A stretch of 64,000 nucleotides of DNA from IMG/VR virus record IMGVR_UViG_3300011335_000900, positions 65,106 to 129,105 of that record; one strand, 5' to 3'. The DNA comes from a virus. Position numbers and translations under genes: made by a program. Positions 1 to 7,144 of this stretch are shown here, in pieces. Numbering within the stretch: the first letter of the stretch is position 1; each line of letters begins with the position of its first letter. Below the pieces are notes generated by a model. The model worked only from the letters and a program-made list of their open reading frames with translations. It was not told where the DNA came from and made no database searches.

Positions 1-296
1 TTTCAATAACTTGTGATATATCAGTACAATTAGAATTTGATTTTATTGACAAAGCATTTGAAATGGGTGAAGTTGAAGGTTTAAATAAAGACCAATTAAA
101 AAACTTTATTAAGGAACGTGCCAACCAAAAATTAATTGAATTAGGTTATAATCCTTTATACAACGATATCGATCCAAATTTATTAAAACAAATGGAATGG
201 TTCGGACATTTAACAAGTGGTAAAAGTCATACCGATTTTTTTGCTCAAAGAGTTACTGATTATACAAAGTCTACTGCTGATTGGAGCGATTTGTAG
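1..296 (+). CDS. nrdB: Ribonucleotide reductase class I beta subunit, C-terminal part (5' end outside window)
   Basis: Frame open from position 3; ELEFDFID-like segment, ERAN..L..LG and C-terminal HTDFFAQRVTDY motif; nrdA nearby. Confidence 0.9.
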   Translation, partial: SITCDISVQLEFDFIDKAFEMGEVEGLNKDQLKNFIKERANQKLIELGYNPLYNDIDPNLLKQMEWFGHLTSGKSHTDFFAQRVTDYTKSTADWSDL

Positions 297-302
297 ACAA
301 GT

Positions 303-440
303 ATGGACGAAAATATAATATATAAAATTGAAATTCTCCAACTTATTGAATCTAAATACAATATTGAAATAAAGGATGGAGAAGTTGAAAACATATTAAC
401 TTTAGAAAACTTGATTGAACTAATAAAAAACAAACTATGA
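303..440 (+). CDS. 45-aa ORF resembling the C-terminal half of an acyl carrier protein
   Basis: MDENIIYKIEILQLIESKYNIEIKDGEVENILTLENLIELIKNKL; not in the ORF track; ATGA overlap with the next gene; no DSL serine. Confidence 0.5.
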   Translation: MDENIIYKIEILQLIESKYNIEIKDGEVENILTLENLIELIKNKL

Positions 441-970
441 AACTAGATAATTTAAAAGAAATAGTTAAAGAGGAACTTCAAAAACATTTTAAAAATCACC
501 CATATTCTCTTAAAGATGAAATGATCATAACAAATGAAGTTATGATTGGAGAACTACTCAACCCAGACAATTCACTTCCATATGAAGGAAAAAAAGGATT
601 TTATACTTATATAGACCCGAATGGAGTTGAATTTTTTGTTCGAGTCCATTATGCTCCTGAACCCCTTAATTATTTTGAATTTAAAACGGGGTGGCTTGAC
701 AAAAATAAAAAAGCTACATATGAACCCTCAGTTCCGTATGGAAACCAAAATACATCAACATTATATATTAATACTCGTTCAGATACAGTAGCAAAAATTT
801 ATAGAGACGAAATATTACCATTTTTTAAACAACAAACTTTAACAGACATAATGGTTATTAAACCTATTTCTTCAAGTAGAATGAAATTTGCTGAACGTTT
901 AGTTAAAAAATTTACCCCCGAAGATTTTACAACGGAATTTAAAGACAAAGAAATAATAATAAAAAAATGA
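437..970 (+). CDS. Hypothetical protein with N-terminal LKEIVKEE tag
   Basis: 177-aa ORF overlapping both neighbours. Confidence 0.7.
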   Translation: MKLDNLKEIVKEELQKHFKNHPYSLKDEMIITNEVMIGELLNPDNSLPYEGKKGFYTYIDPNGVEFFVRVHYAPEPLNYFEFKTGWLDKNKKATYEPSVPYGNQNTSTLYINTRSDTVAKIYRDEILPFFKQQTLTDIMVIKPISSSRMKFAERLVKKFTPEDFTTEFKDKEIIIKK

Positions 971-2694
971 GCAAATTAAACGTAGACACCAGTAAATGGG
1001 TGAAGGGTAAAGATTATCCTGAATGGTTAGATGAAATTGGTAAATCCATAGTTTCACAAGGGTATTTACTACCGGAGGAAAATGTATTTAAAGCATTTAA
1101 TCGAGTATCAAAGGCTGCCTCTCGTAGACTAAAACGTAAAGATCTTCAACCATTTTTTGCTGAAGCAATGGAAAAAAATTGGCTATGTTTAGCATCCCCT
1201 GTTTTATCTAATTTAGGTACAGAACGTGGTATGCCAATTTCTTGCTTTGGAATAGATACAGACGATTCAATTGAGGGTATTGCATTAGCAAATTCTGAAT
1301 TAATGCGTTTGTCATCTCAAGGTGGTGGAGTTGGAATTGGTGTATCTCGAATTAGAGGTAGAGGTAAAGAAATTTCCGGAAACGGTGTATCTGAGGGTGT
1401 AGTTCCTTGGATCAAAATATATGATTCCACCATTCTAGCTACCAATCAAGGATCCGTTAGACGTGGTGCAGCATCAGTTAATTTACACGTGAATCATCCC
1501 GATATAGAGGAATTTTTAATGGTTCGCCGCCCTAAAGGAGATGTCAACAGACAATGCCTAAACATGCACCAATGCGTTGTTATCGATGATGACTTTATGA
1601 ATAAGTTAGAGGAAAAAGAACCACGTGCTTTAAGACTATGGGGTGAAATTTTAAAAACTCGTTTAGAAACAGGTGAACCATATTTAATGTTTGAAGATAA
1701 TATAAACAATGCAAATCCTCAAGCATACAAAAACTTTAACTTGAATGTCTCAATGACAAACATTTGTTCTGAAATTGCACTTTACACAGACCCATTACAT
1801 TCATTTATTTGTTGTTTATCTTCATTAAATTTAGCAAGATGGGATGAATGGAAAGACTATAAATTTGAAAATGGAATGACATTACCTGAATTAACTTGTT
1901 GGTTCTTAGAAGGTGTATTGCAAGAATTTATAGACCGTTCTAAAAGTCTTAAATTTATGGAAAATACTCACCGTTCTGCTGTTAAAGGTAGAGCAATTGG
2001 TATTGGAGTACTTGGATGGCATACATTTTTACAAGAAAAAGGAATCCCTTTCGCAGGTTTACAAGCAAATTCATACACTCGAATGATGTCTCAATTTATT
2101 GAAGAAGAAACATTAAAAGCATCCCGAGACCAAGCAAAAGAATATGGAGAACCAGAATGGTGTAAAGGAACAGGCTTAAGACACACACATCACCAAGCAA
2201 TTGCCCCAACAGTATCAAATGCAAATATTTCAGGTGGAGTTTCTCCTTCAATTGAACCAATTCCCGCAAATGTATTTAATTTAAAAACAGCTAAAGGTAC
2301 ATTTATTAAACGTAATCCAACATTAGAGCGTTTACTTGAATCAAAAGGATTTAACATTGATAGTATTTGGGAACAAATAGCTAAAGACAAAGGATCTGTA
2401 ATAGGATTACCTGATCATATATTATCTGCTGAAGAAAAAGAAGTATTTTTAACATTTAAAGAAATTAACCCTTACGAAATTGTTCGTCAAAATGGAATTA
2501 GACAAAAATATGTTGACCAAGCAATTTCCTTAAATTTAACATTTGATCCATCTGATTCACCAAAATACATTAGTGAGGTGCATAAATTAGCATGGAGAGA
2601 AGGTATTAAAACATTATATTATTGCAGAAGTGAAAGTATTTTAAGAGGAGACAATATCTCCAGAAATGATACTTGCGTTAGTTGTGAAGGTTAA
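967..2694 (+). CDS. nrdA: Ribonucleotide reductase class I alpha subunit (short, no obvious ATP cone)
   Basis: SPVLSN, SCF, GGGVG, QGSVRRGA, TNICSEI, CCLSSLN, APTVS, KTLYY and C-terminal CVSCEG motifs. Confidence 0.97.
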   Translation: MSKLNVDTSKWVKGKDYPEWLDEIGKSIVSQGYLLPEENVFKAFNRVSKAASRRLKRKDLQPFFAEAMEKNWLCLASPVLSNLGTERGMPISCFGIDTDDSIEGIALANSELMRLSSQGGGVGIGVSRIRGRGKEISGNGVSEGVVPWIKIYDSTILATNQGSVRRGAASVNLHVNHPDIEEFLMVRRPKGDVNRQCLNMHQCVVIDDDFMNKLEEKEPRALRLWGEILKTRLETGEPYLMFEDNINNANPQAYKNFNLNVSMTNICSEIALYTDPLHSFICCLSSLNLARWDEWKDYKFENGMTLPELTCWFLEGVLQEFIDRSKSLKFMENTHRSAVKGRAIGIGVLGWHTFLQEKGIPFAGLQANSYTRMMSQFIEEETLKASRDQAKEYGEPEWCKGTGLRHTHHQAIAPTVSNANISGGVSPSIEPIPANVFNLKTAKGTFIKRNPTLERLLESKGFNIDSIWEQIAKDKGSVIGLPDHILSAEEKEVFLTFKEINPYEIVRQNGIRQKYVDQAISLNLTFDPSDSPKYISEVHKLAWREGIKTLYYCRSESILRGDNISRNDTCVSCEG

Positions 2695-2696
2695 AC

Positions 2697-2710
2697 ATAT
2701 GTATAATAAA
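2697..2710 (+). promoter_or_regulatory. Putative late-type promoter motif ATAT(G/T)TATA, first of ~15 copies
   Basis: Recurs at ~7130, 10319, 20721, 22682, 31659, 32333, 33551, 36665, 39867, 41107, 43673, 60110, 61502 and 63071, each just upstream of a gene or RNA. Confidence 0.65.
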
Positions 2711-2729
2711 TTAATTTAAAAATCAAATT

Positions 2730-2918
2730 ATGAAATTATCTAAAGAACAAGTATTGGGTATTGTAAGACATACTCTAACATTTATTGGTGGTATAGTTAT
2801 AGCAAGAGGCCTTGTTGATGAAACGCTTGTAACCGAGTGCATTGGTGGTGCTTTAACTTTAACTGGTGCTATCTGGTCTATTATTAATAAAAAAGTAGTT
2901 ACTCCTATTAAAAAATAA
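2730..2918 (+). CDS. Small two-TM holin-like protein
   Basis: GIVRHTLTFIGG..., two hydrophobic segments, basic C-terminus. Confidence 0.6.
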   Translation: MKLSKEQVLGIVRHTLTFIGGIVIARGLVDETLVTECIGGALTLTGAIWSIINKKVVTPIKK

Positions 2919-2922
2919 AGCC

Positions 2923-3177
2923 ATGAAAAAGATTCTTAATTGGATAACAGGATTATTTAAAGACGAAAAAGGATCTCCATCATCTAAAAGATTTATTGGT
3001 ATATTGTGTGGTATTACTTTATGTATCACACTATATGCTAATAGCTATACTCACGGAGATATTAAACCTGCAGATACTTTAGTAAACGCAGTAGCAATGT
3101 TAGCGTTTGGATGTTTAGGATTAGCATCGGTAGATAAAATTTGGGGTAAAAAAGAAGGAGAAAATACAGAAGAATAA
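2923..3177 (+). CDS. Small two-TM membrane protein (holin-like)
   Basis: SSKRF followed by two hydrophobic helices. Confidence 0.6.
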   Translation: MKKILNWITGLFKDEKGSPSSKRFIGILCGITLCITLYANSYTHGDIKPADTLVNAVAMLAFGCLGLASVDKIWGKKEGENTEE

Positions 3178-3178
3178 T

Positions 3179-3478
3179 ATGAAAAAAATAATAGTATGTA
3201 TTATATTAACTCTATTTAGTTATATATCTTTTACTCAAATATGTACCCCAAAACTAAAACCTTGGTCTTTAAGTGGAAGTATTGGTTACATTAATGTATC
3301 TACTATAAAACAACCAGTATCAAGATATCAATCAAATACTTGGACTTCTTTAAATATTAACTATAGTACAAGTAAGTGGTCATTTGGTGGATGGGCTGGA
3401 GCTAATTATTGGATTGATTCAAAACAACCTGATTTAAGATTAGGCTTTTCTATTACTCGCACTATAAAAAAATGGTAA
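3179..3478 (+). CDS. Secreted small beta-strand protein
   Basis: Signal peptide MKKIIVCIILTLF; alternating beta strands; terminal W. Confidence 0.55.
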   Translation: MKKIIVCIILTLFSYISFTQICTPKLKPWSLSGSIGYINVSTIKQPVSRYQSNTWTSLNINYSTSKWSFGGWAGANYWIDSKQPDLRLGFSITRTIKKW

Positions 3479-3487
3479 TTTAAGTTT

Positions 3488-3829
3488 ATGAAAGAAATAG
3501 GTATAACTATAAGTTTTTTAATTAGTGGGTTATTTGGAGCTATTTTAATGGCATCTAAAAATACTGAAACCGGTATTAGATCAACTATATTATCTATTTT
3601 TGGTGGTATGGCCGCCGCAAATTATCTTACCCCTGTAATGATTGAATTACTTAATTTAAAAGAAGCTAAATTGCAAAATGGACTAGCTTTTATTGTTGGA
3701 TTCTTAGGATTAAAATTAGTCGAAGTATTAAGTAATAAATTCTTAAACCAAGTTGCCCCCCAACCAGAAGTAAAAAAACCACGTAAAAAAACCATAAAAA
3801 AACCAGTTACCAAAAAGAAAGTTGTATGA
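3488..3829 (+). CDS. Three-TM holin-like protein with Lys-rich tail
   Basis: GLFGA, GGMAAANYLTP and AFIVGFLG helices; tail KKPRKKTIKK. Confidence 0.65.
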   Translation: MKEIGITISFLISGLFGAILMASKNTETGIRSTILSIFGGMAAANYLTPVMIELLNLKEAKLQNGLAFIVGFLGLKLVEVLSNKFLNQVAPQPEVKKPRKKTIKKPVTKKKVV

Positions 3830-4437
3830 TTTTAGAAAAAATAAAAAATAAGCTTTGGCTTGTTTCAATACCAGTTGCAATAGCTGCATTACTATCAATG
3901 TCAGCAATAAAAGACATTGAAGATGCTCATGTAGAGTTAGATCTTGGCAAACGAACCGCGTATTACTTAAGAACGTCTACGGACAGTTTAACATACTTAG
4001 CAATAGCATATACTTCTACGGGTAAAGAAAAATTTATCAATGAATTTAATTCTCATTTAGAAAGAAGAAAGCAAATAAAATTTGATATTATACCTGAAGG
4101 CATGATATATTACAATGAAGGTTTAAGCTTAAGCAATGAACTAGCAACAATTATAGAAGCCCCAGCATTTGCTGCTATGAATGACACTGCATTTTTTACT
4201 GATCAATATTTATCTTATAAAACTAGAATTATTACTAGTATTGAGCAATTAAGAGATGTAACTTATGAAAAGTCAAATAATAAACTTCAACGAGCTGTTT
4301 TAGAACTTAATATCTACATTTATTTTTTAATTTTATTGTTGTTAGGTTTAGTTGTTTTAATTAGATTTGATAAAAAAGAAATTATTAAACCTATAAAAAA
4401 GAAAAAACCAATTAAAAAACTAATAAAAAAGAAATAA
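3826..4437 (+). CDS. Two-TM protein with a chemoreceptor/kinase-like extracytoplasmic sensor domain and no output domain
   Basis: LRTSTDSLT..A.AYTSTG and SNELA..EAPAFAAM...F..QY...K..I between two TMs. Confidence 0.55.
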   Translation: MILEKIKNKLWLVSIPVAIAALLSMSAIKDIEDAHVELDLGKRTAYYLRTSTDSLTYLAIAYTSTGKEKFINEFNSHLERRKQIKFDIIPEGMIYYNEGLSLSNELATIIEAPAFAAMNDTAFFTDQYLSYKTRIITSIEQLRDVTYEKSNNKLQRAVLELNIYIYFLILLLLGLVVLIRFDKKEIIKPIKKKKPIKKLIKKK

Positions 4438-4439
4438 AC

Positions 4440-5450
4440 ATGAAAAAACACGCGCGTGTAAAACAAAATCAAACAGCTGAAACACATTCAAATGAAACCT
4501 CAGGTGGTGCATCAATTGATAACACAATTACTGCATCTGCAGGAGTAGAAACGGGAGATGAAAATGCCTCAATTGGTATTGAAGTATCTGCTAAAACCGG
4601 AACTGAAGCATCAGTTGATGGTGGCTTAGATGGCAACAATGTATACGTAGAAGCTAATTATTCAGATACAACTGAAGTTCACGTTACAGTAGAGGGTCAA
4701 GCTAATGCTGAAGGATTTGGAGTTGGTGGTTCTGTAGATGCTTATGCAAAAACAGGAAACGAAGCAAGTCTTGAAGTGAGAGCAGGAGATGAAGGAGTAG
4801 TAGCAAATGGAAGTGTATCCGCAGGTACATCAGTAGGTGTAGATGGAGAAGGAACAGCTGATTTTAGAGAAGGTTCAGTAACAGCAGGCGCAGGTGTATC
4901 CGTTGGAGAGCAAGTTGGAATTGGTGGTGGTGGTGAAGCTACTTTTGTAGATGGCGTTGCAACAGTTGGTGTTAGTGGTGAGGTAGCAGTATTGCTTGGA
5001 GTTGATGTTGATTTAAGTGTAAGTGTTGATACAAACCAAATAGCTGAAGATGCTAGACTAGTGGCAGAAGAAGCAGAAAGAGCAGCAAATGAAGCAAGAG
5101 AATTAGCTGAAGCGGCTCAAAGAGAAGCGGATCGTTTAGTTTTAGAAGCACAACGATTAGCAGCAGAAGCAGCACAAAGAGAGGCTGATAGAATTGCAAA
5201 CGAAGCTAGAGCACAAGCAGAAGCAGCTCAAAGAGAAGCGGATCGTTTAGCAGCAGAATCAAGAAGAATTGCTGAAGAACAAGCAGCAGCTGCTCAAAGA
5301 GAAGCTGAACGTGTAGCTAGAGAAACCCAAGCGGCAGCTGAAGCAGCACAAAGAGAAACAGAAAGAGTAGCTAGAGAAACTCAAGATGCTTTAGAAAGAG
5401 CCGCTCGTGATGCTGAAAAATCAAAATGGAACCCTAAAAATTGGTTTTAA
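4440..5450 (+). CDS. Gly/Val-rich beta domain plus Ala/Glu/Arg coiled-coil repeat protein
   Basis: GASV/AGV-type repeats, then repeated AEAAQREADR. Confidence 0.75.
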   Translation: MKKHARVKQNQTAETHSNETSGGASIDNTITASAGVETGDENASIGIEVSAKTGTEASVDGGLDGNNVYVEANYSDTTEVHVTVEGQANAEGFGVGGSVDAYAKTGNEASLEVRAGDEGVVANGSVSAGTSVGVDGEGTADFREGSVTAGAGVSVGEQVGIGGGGEATFVDGVATVGVSGEVAVLLGVDVDLSVSVDTNQIAEDARLVAEEAERAANEARELAEAAQREADRLVLEAQRLAAEAAQREADRIANEARAQAEAAQREADRLAAESRRIAEEQAAAAQREAERVARETQAAAEAAQRETERVARETQDALERAARDAEKSKWNPKNWF

Positions 5451-5483
5451 TTAATATAAAAACAACTATAAAATAAAGTAAAA

Positions 5484-6077
5484 ATGGCAAAGTACACAAA
5501 AGAACAAGTTGAAGCAGCAGTAAAATCAAAAGGATATGTTTGGTTTGAAGGAGCAAAAGATTATGACGTAAACATCGTAGGTGTTAGAAACGCAGCAACT
5601 GGACAAACAGTAACAAACGTATTTGATGACGTTATTACAGTATCCTATAAAGTAGGAGGTGAATGGCAATATAAAGAATGGACAAACACAACCGACCCAG
5701 GTAAAAAAGGTGTTATGGAATTTCATAACAAAGGTGGTGTTGCACGTTTAGTAGAAGGTCAATACAGAGGATCTCATACAATTAGATTACATCAAGGGAA
5801 ATACGAGGCTTTAGGTCAAGCAAAAAACGTTAAAGTATATCGTGATGCTAATAAAGATATGAAATTTGATGAAACAAAAATCGATGAAGGTGTATTTGGA
5901 ATCAATATTCACAAAGCAGGAGTTGATTCTACTTATGTAGAAAATTGGTCAGAAGGATGTCAAGTATTTAAAAAAGCAAAGGATTTTGAAGAGTTTATGG
6001 CAATTTGTCGTAAAGCAAGAGATATTCATGGAAACTCATTTACATATACTTTGATTGAATCAACAGATATTAAATAG
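5484..6077 (+). CDS. Candidate endolysin with L,D-transpeptidase (YkuD)-like catalytic motif
   Basis: GINIH-x11-WSEGCQV His...SxGC motif; last gene of a holin-like cassette. Confidence 0.65.
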   Translation: MAKYTKEQVEAAVKSKGYVWFEGAKDYDVNIVGVRNAATGQTVTNVFDDVITVSYKVGGEWQYKEWTNTTDPGKKGVMEFHNKGGVARLVEGQYRGSHTIRLHQGKYEALGQAKNVKVYRDANKDMKFDETKIDEGVFGINIHKAGVDSTYVENWSEGCQVFKKAKDFEEFMAICRKARDIHGNSFTYTLIESTDIK

Positions 6078-6083
6078 ATATTT

Positions 6084-6112
6084 GGAGGCTTAAAAAAGCC
6101 TCCTTATTTTTT
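6084..6112 (+). terminator. Intrinsic terminator
   Basis: GGAGGCTT-aa-AAAAGCCTCC hairpin followed by a T-rich tract. Confidence 0.7.
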
Positions 6113-6116
6113 CTAT

Positions 6117-7130
6117 ATGAAACAAAAATTTTTACCTTGGTTCCTATTGTTTTGCGCAGTAGGACTATCTTTAACAGCTGCTTATTATAGCGTTATGGGA
6201 TTATCAATCCTATTTGCAAGCGTAGCTATCCCTGTAATGGTAATGGGTTCATTTTTAGAGTTATCTAAAATAGCGATTACAACATACTTACACGATCAGT
6301 GGAAAAAAACATACACTATGTTAAAAGTGTATTTAACTACTGCTTTAGTAATTCTATCATTTATAACTTCTCTAGGAATTTATGGACTATTAACTACTGG
6401 ATTTCAAGAAAATATATCTAAACTTGAAATTGGTGGAAAAGAGGTTGCAAATGTTCAATTAAAAAGAGATCGATTTAATGAAATTAAAAAAGAATATACT
6501 TTAGAAAAAACTACATTAGATAAGGACATTTCACAACTTAGAAATGCACTATCAACAAATACTACAACCCAAACTGTAGACAAAAAAACAGGTCAAGTTA
6601 TAAGCAAAGCAAATACAGGAAATCGTAAAGCATTTGAATCACAATTAACATTAGCTTTAGAAAATAAAACAAAAATCTCTACAAAAATAGAAGCACTAAA
6701 CGATAGTTTAACTAACTTAGATATCCAGGTGTTAAATATGGAATCTAAATCTCAATTAGGGAACGAACTAGGTGCTATTAAATATGTAAGTGAGCTCACG
6801 GGAATGCCTATTAAAAAAACAGCAAATATATTTATTTTGCTTATTATTTTTGTATTTGATCCATTAGCTATTATACTTGTAATTGCTACAAATCAATCAT
6901 TTGAAAATTTAAAACCAAAACTTAATATTTATGGAGAACCAAAACCTACTCCAATAACTCAAGAATATCAACCAGATCCTATTATTGAACAAAAAAGACA
7001 AAATATAATAAAAGAAATAGAAAAAATCCAAAATAGTAGCAAAGGATCTAGCTTTTCTAGAAGTTCAGCATTAAATACTCTTAATAACAGATTATCTTCA
7101 TTAAACGATGATAACACAAAGACATATTAA
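6117..7130 (+). CDS. Multi-TM protein with long coiled coil
   Basis: Three N-terminal TMs, heptad-rich middle, C-terminal TM IIFVFDPLAI. Confidence 0.75.
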   Translation: MKQKFLPWFLLFCAVGLSLTAAYYSVMGLSILFASVAIPVMVMGSFLELSKIAITTYLHDQWKKTYTMLKVYLTTALVILSFITSLGIYGLLTTGFQENISKLEIGGKEVANVQLKRDRFNEIKKEYTLEKTTLDKDISQLRNALSTNTTTQTVDKKTGQVISKANTGNRKAFESQLTLALENKTKISTKIEALNDSLTNLDIQVLNMESKSQLGNELGAIKYVSELTGMPIKKTANIFILLIIFVFDPLAIILVIATNQSFENLKPKLNIYGEPKPTPITQEYQPDPIIEQKRQNIIKEIEKIQNSSKGSSFSRSSALNTLNNRLSSLNDDNTKTY

Positions 7131-7144
7131 TATTTATATGTGAT

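Noticed and set aside
297-966. Group I intron or split RNR gene between nrdB and nrdA
   Set aside because: nrdB ends with its normal C-terminal motif and nrdA is continuous; the gap holds two ordinary ORFs
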